The notes under the pieces were generated by a model, which was given only the letters and a program-made list of their open reading frames with translations, made no database searches and was not told the origin of the DNA. Source: Actinomycetota bacterium (GTDB lineage Bacteria; Actinomycetota; Acidimicrobiia; Spongiisociales; UBA11373). From it: 64,000 nucleotides of DNA. The stretch is from NCBI GenBank assembly GCA_016870535.1, contig VGBK01000003.1, positions 5,914 through 69,913 of the forward strand, read 5' to 3'. The translations under genes and the position numbers were made by a program. Positions 37,295 to 47,529 of the stretch are shown here, piece by piece; within the stretch, counting starts at the first letter, position 1; each line of letters opens with the position of its first letter.

Positions 37295-37708
37295 ATGGAT
37301 CTGGTTCGCTTCGACCCCTTCTCGCTGCTCAGCGAGATGGATCGTCTCTTCGAGCGCGGCGTTGCCGCCACCCCGACCTGGGCCCCCCGCATCGATGCCT
37401 TCGACCGCGAGAAGGACCTGGTCATCCGGGTCGAACTCCCCGGGGTCAAGCCCGAAGAGGTCGACATCACCGTCGAGGACCGCACCCTGACGATCAGCGG
37501 CAAACGGCAGTTCGAGGAAACCGAGGAACTCGGGGGCTACCACCGCCGTGAGATCTTCACCGGCGAGTTCAGGCGCACTCTCGTCCTGCCTGAAGGGTTG
37601 AACGCCGAGGAGATCACCGCCAAGTCGGAGAACGGCTTGCTCAGCGTGATCATCCCCCGGCGGCCCGAAGTCCTTCCCCGCAAGGTCAAGGTGGACGTCG
37701 CCTCCTGA
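37295..37708 (+). CDS. Hsp20/alpha-crystallin family small heat-shock protein.
   Basis: Alpha-crystallin domain (RIDAFDREKDLVIRVELPGVKPEEVDITVEDRTLTISGKR...GEFRRTLVLPEGL). Confidence 0.9.
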   Translation: MDLVRFDPFSLLSEMDRLFERGVAATPTWAPRIDAFDREKDLVIRVELPGVKPEEVDITVEDRTLTISGKRQFEETEELGGYHRREIFTGEFRRTLVLPEGLNAEEITAKSENGLLSVIIPRRPEVLPRKVKVDVAS

Positions 37709-37735
37709 CCATCCCTCCCTCAGAGCGACGTACCT

Positions 37736-37765
37736 GCGGAGGCCCGCTCCCCGGCGGGCCTCCGC
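37736..37765. terminator. Bidirectional intrinsic-terminator-like hairpin between the convergent hsp20 and methyltransferase genes.
   Basis: Perfect 12-bp GC-rich stem GCGGAGGCCCGC / GCGGGCCTCCGC with a 6-nt loop. There is no U-tract, as is common in high-GC actinobacteria. Confidence 0.55.
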
Positions 37766-37769
37766 CGCG

Positions 37770-38540
37770 TCACCGGGAGCCCCCCGGGACACCGCCCCCC
37801 TCTCTTCCCGGCTTCCACCCCAGCACGCCGCGATACCACAGCCGGTACTGCAGCACCTCGCCGGGGTCGCGGTGCTCCTTTCGGAAGCGGGCGAGACCCG
37901 ACTCCAACTCACCCGGGGGCAGCAGCTGCAGCGTGCTGACAAATCCCCCCCTTACCGCCGCCTCCCAGTCGCCGGCACATCGGGACACCGACTCGGTTTC
38001 GGCTATCTGGTGCACCTCCCGCATCCCGAGCGCCCACAGGCGAGCTTCAACCAGATCGGGGGGCGGAAAGCGGGCCTCGTCCAGGGGCGCGATCGAGGGG
38101 AACCACCGCGCCAGCAGGCTCTGGCGGAAATGGCCTGGAGCGAAGGTCCAGGCGGCCAGCAGGCCCCCGGGGCGGAGCACCCGGGCCGCCTCGCCGAGCA
38201 TCTGCTCCCAGCCGCCGTATTGCAGCGAGACATGGAAGTAGAGCAGGTCGGCGGCCCCGTCCGCCAGCGGCAATTGCCTGCCGTCCCCCACCAGCGCCGC
38301 CACCTCGCCGCGGCGCGCCGCCCCGGCCATCGCCGGAGAGCGGTCGACCACCACCGCCCGCGCCCCCATGGCGGCGAAGACGGCGGCGTGGTCGCCCCGG
38401 CCGCCCCCCACGTCGACCGCCACCGCCCCGGGACCCAGACCGGCGCGCTTCGCCGTCCGGGCCGCCCGGGCCCGGGCCGCCTCGCCGCCGCGCCGGTGGG
38501 CGTAGCCGGCCGCCAGGCGCTCCAGGTCGATCTCAGCCAA
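37770..38540 (-). CDS. Class I SAM-dependent methyltransferase.
   Basis: Motif I VAVDVGGGRGDHAAVFA, motif II VVVDRSPAM, and motif post-I LRPGGLLA. Confidence 0.75.
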   Translation of the reverse strand: MAEIDLERLAAGYAHRRGGEAARARAARTAKRAGLGPGAVAVDVGGGRGDHAAVFAAMGARAVVVDRSPAMAGAARRGEVAALVGDGRQLPLADGAADLLYFHVSLQYGGWEQMLGEAARVLRPGGLLAAWTFAPGHFRQSLLARWFPSIAPLDEARFPPPDLVEARLWALGMREVHQIAETESVSRCAGDWEAAVRGGFVSTLQLLPPGELESGLARFRKEHRDPGEVLQYRLWYRGVLGWKPGREGGGVPGGSR

Positions 38541-39285
38541 GGCGCACCGCCCGTCCGGTCAGACGGAAGAAGCCGACGTTGCAGCACAGGGTGTCGCCTA
38601 CCCGCCAGGACAGGGCTTGTGGCTGATGCACATCCCCGAAGTAGTGGCGGGCCGGGCGGCAGGCGAGCAGGTAGTCCAGGATGGCCGGAGACCCCTTGCT
38701 GCGCCCGCCGATGACGTCACGGCTCAGCGGCGCCACGGCGGGGGCGGCATGGGTGCAGAGCACGTCCACCGCGCCGAGGCCGGCCAGCCGCGCCGCCAGG
38801 CTCTCCTCCGGCACCTCGCCCGGCACTCCCAGCCGGGAGGGCCCACCGCCGACGATGCCCACCCGCCGCCCTTCGATCTCCACCACATCGCCGTCGACGT
38901 ACCGCACCCCGGCCGGCAGGCACCGCCGCAGCAGGTCGGGGTGATCGGTGTTGCCGTAGGTGACGTAGGCATCGGCGCCCTCGAGGGCCCTCGCCAGGTC
39001 GGTGTAGACCGCCTCGACCAGGGACTCGAAGCGCGCCCGGGTCTCCTCCTCCCGCCCGGCGACGAAGGCTCGCCAGCGCTCCCGGGCCGCCCCGTGCCCG
39101 GCGCGCCGCCGCTGCTCGAGGACCTCGAGCACCAGGTCCCGGCCCAGCAGATCGGCGAGCAGTCCCTCCCCGCTCCGGTAGTCGACCAGGTTGAGCAAGT
39201 CGCCCAGCACCACCAGCGCCTCTCCCCGCCGGGCAACCCGGGCCAGAGCGTCGAAGTTGCCGTGGACGTCGGCGACCAGCAGCAT
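38533..39285 (-). CDS. Metallophosphoesterase (calcineurin-like).
   Basis: LLVADVHGN, GDLLN and GNTDHP metal-binding motifs. Confidence 0.75.
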   Translation of the reverse strand: MLLVADVHGNFDALARVARRGEALVVLGDLLNLVDYRSGEGLLADLLGRDLVLEVLEQRRRAGHGAARERWRAFVAGREEETRARFESLVEAVYTDLARALEGADAYVTYGNTDHPDLLRRCLPAGVRYVDGDVVEIEGRRVGIVGGGPSRLGVPGEVPEESLAARLAGLGAVDVLCTHAAPAVAPLSRDVIGGRSKGSPAILDYLLACRPARHYFGDVHQPQALSWRVGDTLCCNVGFFRLTGRAVRLG

Positions 39286-40400
39286 CAGGGCACGCTACCG
39301 CGCCCGGGGGCTTCGTCGGCGAGAGCGGCCTCGATCTCCCGGCGCACCGCCGGGTCGGCCTCGCCACGGGCCGCCGCCCGCAGCGCTACCTGCGCCTCAC
39401 TGCCCCCCAGCCGGCCCAGGGCCCAGGCGGCGTGGGCCCGCAGGAGGGGGTCGGGGCTCACCAGGAACGCCGCCGCCGCCTCGATCGCTCCCTCTCCCCC
39501 GGCGTTCCCCAGGGCCACCAGGCCGTTGCGCCGCAGGTAGCGGGGCTGCCGTCCCGGCAGGTAGAAGTGGGCGAAGCGGCGAAGCAAGTCGGTGTCGCTC
39601 ATCCGCAGCATCTCGATCAGGGCAACCCGCCCTTCGCCCCGCCCCCCCGCCGCCCGCAGGGCCCGCCCCCCGGGCGGGCAGGCCTCCAGGCAGGCGTCAC
39701 AGCCGTAGAGGCGGTCGCCCATGGCCCGGCGCCACTCCCGCGGGATCGCCCCCGGCGCCTGCATCAGGTGGGCCAGGCAGCGCCGGGCGTCGAGCACCCC
39801 CGGGGCCACCAGGGCCCCCGTGGGGCAGGCCGGCAGGCAGGCGGTGCAGGTGCCGCACCCCCGAGCCATCGGAACGTCGGGACGGAGGACGGCATCGGTG
39901 GCCACACTCCCCAGCAGCAGCCAGGGCCCCTGCCCCGGGGCGAGCACCATGGTGCTCTTGCCCCACCACCCGATTCCCGCCCGGACGGCGGCCGCCCGGT
40001 CCACCAGGCGGGCGTCGTCGCAGAGCAGGGCCGCCCGGTGGCCGGCCGACTCCAGGACGGCGGCCAGAGCACCGAGCGCCGCCCGCAGCGGGCGGTAGTG
40101 ATCGCCGGTGGCGAAGCGAGCCACCTTGCCCGTCCCCGGCGACGCCGGCCCGGGACTGCCTGCCGCCGGGAGGTAGCCCGCTGCCGCCACCACCAGCGAC
40201 TCTGCCCACGGAAAGGACGCCCGCGGGTTGGTGGCTCGGGCCGGGTCGGCGTAGCCGAACCTCATCCTGCCGTGGAGCCCGCCGGCCACCCGCTGCCCCA
40301 TGTCCCGGAGGGTCTCGGGGAACGGCGCCGCCGATGTGAAGCCCACCGCGGCCAGTCCGGCGCGGGCGGCGGCAGCGCGCAAGACGGCAACCAGATCCAC
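39285..40400 (-). CDS. queG: tRNA epoxyqueuosine reductase QueG.
   Basis: Two 4Fe-4S clusters CGTCTACLPACP and CDACLEACP, with C-terminal HEAT-like repeats (GNAGGEGAIEAAAAFL...AAWALGRLG). GTG start at about 40400 chosen so as not to overlap the upstream gene. Confidence 0.8.
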   Translation of the reverse strand: MDLVAVLRAAAARAGLAAVGFTSAAPFPETLRDMGQRVAGGLHGRMRFGYADPARATNPRASFPWAESLVVAAAGYLPAAGSPGPASPGTGKVARFATGDHYRPLRAALGALAAVLESAGHRAALLCDDARLVDRAAAVRAGIGWWGKSTMVLAPGQGPWLLLGSVATDAVLRPDVPMARGCGTCTACLPACPTGALVAPGVLDARRCLAHLMQAPGAIPREWRRAMGDRLYGCDACLEACPPGGRALRAAGGRGEGRVALIEMLRMSDTDLLRRFAHFYLPGRQPRYLRRNGLVALGNAGGEGAIEAAAAFLVSPDPLLRAHAAWALGRLGGSEAQVALRAAARGEADPAVRREIEAALADEAPGRGSVP

Positions 40401-40419
40401 CCCACCAGGGTAGGAGCGC

Positions 40420-40611
40420 TCAGCCGGCGGCCGCCCGCGGCACGAGGCGGAGTTGAGGAACCAGGCCGCACCCGGCCAGTGTCTCGAGGGCAGCGGCCTG
40501 CTCCCCATCGACCTCGACGAAGCCGGACACTTCAGAGAGCAGGTGGGTAACCACGCAGTCCCGGCACACCGCGGTGTGCTGGGCGGCGCACTCGTTGCAG
40601 TCGATGAGCAT
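40420..40611 (-). CDS. Small zinc-ribbon protein with CxxC...HxxxCxxC (ZAS-like) motif.
   Basis: 63 aa, MLIDCNECAAQHTAVCRDCVVTHLL.... AAGGAGG SD 5 nt upstream of the ATG. No adjacent ECF sigma factor. Confidence 0.55.
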   Translation of the reverse strand: MLIDCNECAAQHTAVCRDCVVTHLLSEVSGFVEVDGEQAAALETLAGCGLVPQLRLVPRAAAG

Positions 40612-40708
40612 GGCACCTCCTTCGTCGCCGGCGGCCCTCGCGGCCCTCACTTGGTCAACATAGGGAGCGACTGCGACAGAATCGGCCGATCCGGCGGCGG
40701 CTCCCCCC

Positions 40709-41938
40709 TCACCGCCGGCGAGACCAGTCGCGCAGCGCCTCGGACCACAGCGACACCACCCCGGCGCTCTCCGAGGCTTCCCGCACGGCCCGGTCGCTGC
40801 TCACCACCACCCGAGCCCCGGCGAGCCCGGCGGCCAGACGAACGATCTCCTCGTCGGCCCCGCCTTCCCCCGCAGTGAACCGAACCTCCACCGGCCCGGC
40901 GGTGGGGGCCTCGGCCACCGGGCCCAGGCCGGAGTCGAACACCGCCAGGACCCTCATAGGCCCCCGGGCCACTTGCTGCAACCGGGCGAGGACCATCAGC
41001 AGACGGTGGCGCGCCGCCGCCGGATCGGTCTTCGCCGCCAGTTTGAAGGCGGCGTTGTACCCGTCGACCAGGACCGCGGTGGCCTCGGTCCGGGCCACCA
41101 GCCAGCCGACTGCCTCCCTGCGGTCGGGCCTCACCCCCTCGGGAAGCCGCAGCAGGTCCTCCGGCCCGCCGCCTGTTTCGGCAGTGGCGGCGCCGGGCAG
41201 GCGCGCTACCCCTGCCGTCCAGTCGAGATGGGCCGCCATAGAGAGCGGATCGTCGGCCCACCGCGTCGTGCCGACCCCTTCGGCCAGCGCCGCCTCGGCC
41301 GCCGCCCGGCGGCGCTTCTCCTCCGCCAGGCCCTCTCGCAGGCGCCGCAACTCGCCGCGGGCCGCGTCCCGCTCCGCTCCGGCCTCCTGCCACGCGGCGC
41401 GCCACCGTCCCGCTTCGGCTTCGAGCACCCCGTCGGCTCGGGCGCTGGTCGCCTGCACCGCCTTCCTCGCGGCGCGCTCCTCCGCCAGGGCCGCCTCGGC
41501 GGCGCGCTGGGCCAGGAGGCCCGCCTCCCGCTCGGCCCGGGCCCGCTTCTTCCACTCGGCGGCCTCGGCCTCGGCGGCTGCCAGACGACCCGCCAGTTCG
41601 TCCTCCGCCTCCCGGGACTCGTCGCCGCCCGCCCCGGCGGCCAGAGCGAGGAGGCGCGCTACCCACCCCGGGGGCCGGAGCAGCAGAAGGGCCGAGGCCT
41701 GGTCGGGCCCGGCGGCCTTGACGTCGGCGTCGGGCCAGGCCTCCAGAGCCTTCTCCCGCAGCCACTCGTAGCGATCGATCCCCTTGAGCAGCGAGAGGGC
41801 CAGCGGCGGGGGAAGCGGCAGCGGACGGCCCGCCACCCGCCGCAGGTCCGCCGGCACCTGATCGGCATCGAGATCGCGCAGGGCCTTGGCCGCTGCCTCG
41901 AGGGCGCGGCGGCAAAGGCGCTCTCCCATTGGATCCAC
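40709..41938 (-). CDS. Coiled-coil protein with C-terminal NYN/YacP-like (PIN-fold) nuclease domain.
   Basis: Long Ala/Glu/Arg-rich coiled coil, then VLVDGYNAAFKL ... RVLAVFDSGL ... VRFTAGEGGADEEIV ... VVSSDRAV (NYN_YacP-like). Confidence 0.6.
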   Translation of the reverse strand: MDPMGERLCRRALEAAAKALRDLDADQVPADLRRVAGRPLPLPPPLALSLLKGIDRYEWLREKALEAWPDADVKAAGPDQASALLLLRPPGWVARLLALAAGAGGDESREAEDELAGRLAAAEAEAAEWKKRARAEREAGLLAQRAAEAALAEERAARKAVQATSARADGVLEAEAGRWRAAWQEAGAERDAARGELRRLREGLAEEKRRRAAAEAALAEGVGTTRWADDPLSMAAHLDWTAGVARLPGAATAETGGGPEDLLRLPEGVRPDRREAVGWLVARTEATAVLVDGYNAAFKLAAKTDPAAARHRLLMVLARLQQVARGPMRVLAVFDSGLGPVAEAPTAGPVEVRFTAGEGGADEEIVRLAAGLAGARVVVSSDRAVREASESAGVVSLWSEALRDWSRRR

Positions 41939-42004
41939 GGCGCCAACTTAGTGACCCCGCGGGCCGTTATGGCCCGGTGCCACCCTCTCCCGTAGGCTGG
42001 CGCC

Positions 42005-43534
42005 ATGAACCTCAGTCCCTTCCGCGCCCTGCTGGCCGGCGCGTTGCTCGCCGCCGCCTGCTCCGACGCCGCCGGGCCATTCGCCACGACCCGTCCCCCG
42101 GCCACTACCGACGCCGCCTCCACCACCACGGCCGCGCCCTCCTCGACCACCACCACCTTCGCCGCCACCACCGCGCCGGCCACCACCTCCACCGCCGGGA
42201 CGGCGTCGTCGCTCCTCGCCGGCCTGGGCGATCCCTACTTCCCGACGCTGGGCAACGCCGGGTACGACGTAGAGCACTACCTGCTCGACCTGGTTGTCGA
42301 CCCGGAGGACAACTTCATCCGGGGCGAGGCCACCATCACCGCCGCCGCCACCTCCGGCCTGGAGGCCTTCCACCTGGACCTGCTGGGCCTCACCGTGGAC
42401 GCCGTCGCCGTCGACGGGGCCCCGGCCGCCTATTCCCGAGACGGGGCCGAGTTGATCGTCCGCCCCGACGCCGCCATCCCCGCCGGCGAGGACTTCGTGA
42501 CCACGGTGGCCTACCACGGCACCCCGGAGAACCTCTTCACCCTCGGCTTCCCGCTGGGCTGGGTGGACACGGGAGACATCACCTATGTGGTCGCCGAACC
42601 CGACGCCGCTCGCACCTGGTTCCCGGGCAACGACCACCCCTCCGACAAGGCGGCCTTCACCTTTCGCCTCACCGTCCCCTCCGGGCTGACGGCGGCGGCC
42701 AACGGCACCCTGGTCGAGACGGCCGGCGCCGGGGAGGCCACCATCTTCGTCTGGGAGATGGACCGGCCCATGGCCACCTACCTGGCCACCGTGGTCATCG
42801 GCGACCTGGTTCTGATCGAGCAGGAAGGCCCCGGTGGGGTGCTGCTGCGCGACTACCTGCCCGCCGACATGGGGGACCAACTGCCCGGCCCCCTGTTGCG
42901 GGTCCCCGAGATGCTCGACTTCTACGTCGCCCTCTTCGGCCCTTACCCCTTCGCCGAGTACGGCCACGCCGTCGTCCCCGGACTGCCCGGCGCCCTGGAG
43001 AACCAGACGCTGTGCGTGTTCGGACGCGAGGTGCTGGAGTCCCACGCCGGCGGCTTCGGGCGGCCCACCGTCGAGGAGATCGTGGCCCACGAACTGGCCC
43101 ATCAGTGGTACGGCAACAGCGTCACCCCGGCCACCTGGAACGACATCTGGCTGAACGAGGGCTTCGCCACCTTCGCCCAGTGGCTCTGGGTGGAGCGGGA
43201 CCTGGGACGGGAGGCCTACGACGCCACCATCACCGGCAACCACGGCTTCCTGGCCGAGGCGCCGCATCCCGCTCCCGGGGATCCCGGTCCTTCGGGACGG
43301 GAGATGTTCCACTACAGCGTCTACCTGCGGGGCGGCCTCACTCTGCACGCCCTGCGGGTCGAAGTGGGCGACGACACCCTCTTCGCCATCCTGCGAGCCT
43401 GGGCCGCTCGCTACGCCTACGGCAACGGGTCCACCCCCGAGTTCATCGCCCTGGCCGAGGAGATCAGCGGCGCCGACCTCGGCGCCCTGTTCGACGCCTG
43501 GCTGTACGCCGCGGAGATCCCTCCGCTGCCGTGA
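42005..43534 (+). CDS. M1-family zinc metallopeptidase (aminopeptidase N-like), lipoprotein.
   Basis: Lipobox LLAAAC, Thr-rich linker, HEXXH VAHELAHQWYG plus NEGFATF, and a GAMEN-like GALEN. Confidence 0.85.
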   Translation: MNLSPFRALLAGALLAAACSDAAGPFATTRPPATTDAASTTTAAPSSTTTTFAATTAPATTSTAGTASSLLAGLGDPYFPTLGNAGYDVEHYLLDLVVDPEDNFIRGEATITAAATSGLEAFHLDLLGLTVDAVAVDGAPAAYSRDGAELIVRPDAAIPAGEDFVTTVAYHGTPENLFTLGFPLGWVDTGDITYVVAEPDAARTWFPGNDHPSDKAAFTFRLTVPSGLTAAANGTLVETAGAGEATIFVWEMDRPMATYLATVVIGDLVLIEQEGPGGVLLRDYLPADMGDQLPGPLLRVPEMLDFYVALFGPYPFAEYGHAVVPGLPGALENQTLCVFGREVLESHAGGFGRPTVEEIVAHELAHQWYGNSVTPATWNDIWLNEGFATFAQWLWVERDLGREAYDATITGNHGFLAEAPHPAPGDPGPSGREMFHYSVYLRGGLTLHALRVEVGDDTLFAILRAWAARYAYGNGSTPEFIALAEEISGADLGALFDAWLYAAEIPPLP

Positions 43535-43624
43535 GGGTGGCGCCCCCCGGGCGGTACGCTGGGCCGGCCGAGCAGGAGAGCCCCGGGTGGCAGCCAACCG
43601 AGCGGCCGGAGAATCGAGGCGCTC

Positions 43625-45067
<1,443 letters not shown>

Positions 45068-45071
45068 ACTC

Positions 45072-45086
45072 CTCCCCGCGGGGGAG
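45072..45086 (+). terminator. Hairpin CTCCCC-GCG-GGGGAG immediately after the zwf stop.
   Basis: Perfect 6-bp GC stem 5 nt after the TGA; no T-tract. Confidence 0.35.
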
Positions 45087-45199
45087 GCCGGCGCACCTCC
45101 GGGCCGGATCCCACCTCGGGCGGCTATCCTCGCCGCCGACCGGAAGGGACCTCTGCCATAGCCGCGCGCCGCCGCACCTTCACCTCAGAGTCGGTCTCC

Positions 45200-46357
45200 A
45201 TGGGTCATCCCGACAAGGTGGCCGACCGCCTCGCCGACGCCGTCCTCGACCACGTCGTGGCCGCCGACCCGCCCGCCCGGGTGGCCTGCGAGACCCTGGT
45301 CAGCGGGCACCGCGTCATCGTCGCCGGCGAAGTCAGCGCCTCACCCGCTCCCTCCCGCGGCGACCTGCGCCGCCTGGTGCGCCGCACCCTCGCCGCCGTG
45401 GGTTACGACTCCTGGGACAGCGGCTTCGACCCGGCACGGGCCCGCCTGCACCTCTACTTACGCCGCCAGTCGCCCGACATCGCCCGGGCCGTCGACGGCG
45501 ACGGGGAGCTCGGGGCCGGCGATCAGGGGATGATGATCGGCTACGCCACCCGGCAGACCCCCGAGTTGATGCCGCTGCCCCTGGTGCTCTCGCACCGCCT
45601 GGTAGCCCGCCAGGCGGCGGCCCGGGTGCAGGGCCTCATCCCCGGGCTGCGGCCCGATGCCAAGGCGCAGGTGACCGTGGCCTACGAGGGGCGACGCCCT
45701 CTGGAAGTCGAGGCCCTGGTGCTCTCCACCCAGCACGCCCCGGAGTGGAACCGGCGCCAGCCCGAACTGGCGGATGAGGTCGCCGCCCGGATCCTCAAGC
45801 CCGCTCTGGGCGATTGGTGGCACGACGGCATCGTGGTGCACGTCAATCCCGGCGGCCCTTTCTGCCTCGGCGGGCCGGCGGCCGACACCGGCCTCACCGG
45901 GCGCAAGATCATCGTGGACACCTACGGCGGCTGGGCGCCCCACGGCGGCGGGTCCTTCTCCGGCAAGGATGCCACCAAGGTCGACCGCTCCGCCTCGTAC
46001 ATGGCCCGCCACGTGGCCAAGAACGTGGTCGCCGCCGGGCTGGCCGCCGAGTGCGAGGTGCACTTCTCCTACGCCATCGGCGTGGCCGCCCCCACCTCGG
46101 TGTCGGTGGACTGCTCCGGCACCGAGGCCGTGCCCGAGGAGCGCATCGAGGCGGTGATCCGTGAGGCCTTCCCCCTCACCCCGGGCGGGATCATCGAGTA
46201 CCTCGGCTTGCGCCGCCCCATCTTCGAACCGGCCTCCTTCCACGGCCATTTCGGGCGCACCCCCGGCGAGGCGGGCGAAGGCACCTTCTCCTGGGAGAGC
46301 ACCCACCGCGCCGCCGACCTGGCCGCCGCCTGCGGCCTCGCCGCCCCCGCCTCATGA
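45200..46357 (+). CDS. metK: S-adenosylmethionine synthetase MetK. The track ATG at 45200 is probably not the real start.
   Basis: GHPDK, GAGDQG and GGGAFSGKDPTKVDRS motifs. The in-frame codons just upstream of ATG 45200 encode ...RRRTFTSESVS, the canonical MetK N-terminus (FTSESVSEGHPDK). Confidence 0.9.
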   Translation: MGHPDKVADRLADAVLDHVVAADPPARVACETLVSGHRVIVAGEVSASPAPSRGDLRRLVRRTLAAVGYDSWDSGFDPARARLHLYLRRQSPDIARAVDGDGELGAGDQGMMIGYATRQTPELMPLPLVLSHRLVARQAAARVQGLIPGLRPDAKAQVTVAYEGRRPLEVEALVLSTQHAPEWNRRQPELADEVAARILKPALGDWWHDGIVVHVNPGGPFCLGGPAADTGLTGRKIIVDTYGGWAPHGGGSFSGKDATKVDRSASYMARHVAKNVVAAGLAAECEVHFSYAIGVAAPTSVSVDCSGTEAVPEERIEAVIREAFPLTPGGIIEYLGLRRPIFEPASFHGHFGRTPGEAGEGTFSWESTHRAADLAAACGLAAPAS

Positions 46358-47529
46358 GCGGGGCGGTCCGGGGGTCGGTGGCTCCGGGGTTCGAACCCGT
46401 GGCCGAGGCCTTCGCCGCCAACTTCGTCGGGCGCGGCGAGGTGGGCGCCGCCTTCTCCGCCTTCGTCGCGGGAGCACCGGTCGCCGATCTATGGGGCGGT
46501 GAGGCCCGCCCCGGCGTCCCCTGGGAAGCGAGCACCATGGCGCCGGTCTTCTCCACCACCAAAGGGCCCACCACCCTGACCGTGCAGGCCCTCGCCGAGC
46601 AGGGGGCACTGGACCTCGACCGCCGGGTGGCCGACTACTGGCCGGAGTTCGCCGCCGCCGGCAAGGACGACATCACCCTCCGCCACCTCCTCACCCACAC
46701 CGCGGGGGTCATCGACTTCCCCGGCTACGACGCCGTCGTAGGCGACACTTCCTGGTGGCTCGACCTCGACGCCGTGGCCGCCTCGTTTGCCGCCGCCGCC
46801 CCCGCCTGGGAGCCGGGGACGGCGCACGGCTACCACGGGGTCTCCTTCGGCCTGCTGCTGGGCGAGGTGGTGCGCCGCGCCACCGGGTCCACCCTGGGAG
46901 CCGCCTTCGCCGCACTGGTCGCCCGGCCCCTCGGCCTGGAGTTCCACATCGGGCTGCCGCCTCACCTCGCCGACCGGGTGGCCCGGCTGATCGATGCTCC
47001 CCCGGCCACCGATCCGCTGCTGGCCGCCTACCTGGCCCAGTTCCACCCCAGCACCCTCACCGGCCGGGCCCACTTCATCACCGAGACCGGCATCTCTCAT
47101 CTGGCCGGCCTCTTCAACCGCGAGGAGATGTGGGCCGCCGAGTTCCCCTCGGGCGGGGGCATCGGCAACGCTCGCGCCCTGGCCGCGATGTACGACGCCC
47201 TGGCCGACGGCGGTACCCGTGACGGGGTCCGCGTCGTCTCGGAGGAGTCCGTCGCCCGCCATGCCGCCGAAGCCCGGCGGGGGCCGGACCTGGTGCTGCT
47301 GTACGAAACCCGCTACGGCCTCGGCTACCAGTTGCCCACGCCGTACGCCGACTTCGGGCCCAGCCCCGCCGCCTTCGGCCACGGCGGCCTGGGCGGCTCG
47401 GTGGGCTTCGCCGACCCCGCCCACCGGGTGGCGGTGGGCTACGTGCCCAACCAACTCCATCATGCCGCACCGGGGGAGGTCACCCGGGCCGGGGCGCTGG
47501 TCGCCGCACTGTACGAGTGCCTGCGATGA
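46354..47529 (+). CDS. Serine hydrolase, beta-lactamase/esterase (class C-like) family.
   Basis: S-x-x-K nucleophile motif FSTTKG, a Y-x-N-like region, and HGG. Overlaps the metK stop (ATGA). Confidence 0.8.
   Translation: MSGAVRGSVAPGFEPVAEAFAANFVGRGEVGAAFSAFVAGAPVADLWGGEARPGVPWEASTMAPVFSTTKGPTTLTVQALAEQGALDLDRRVADYWPEFAAAGKDDITLRHLLTHTAGVIDFPGYDAVVGDTSWWLDLDAVAASFAAAAPAWEPGTAHGYHGVSFGLLLGEVVRRATGSTLGAAFAALVARPLGLEFHIGLPPHLADRVARLIDAPPATDPLLAAYLAQFHPSTLTGRAHFITETGISHLAGLFNREEMWAAEFPSGGGIGNARALAAMYDALADGGTRDGVRVVSEESVARHAAEARRGPDLVLLYETRYGLGYQLPTPYADFGPSPAAFGHGGLGGSVGFADPAHRVAVGYVPNQLHHAAPGEVTRAGALVAALYECLR

Noticed and set aside
37141-37551. 136-aa plus-strand ORF spanning the hsp20 promoter and the first half of hsp20.
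   Set aside because: It is out of frame with hsp20, whose alpha-crystallin domain is unambiguous. It begins inside the ROK gene region on the opposite strand.
45068-45199. SAM riboswitch upstream of metK.
   Set aside because: The leader is only about 90-130 nt. It has no recognisable SAM-I or SAM-IV helices; the only hairpin is the zwf terminator-like stem.
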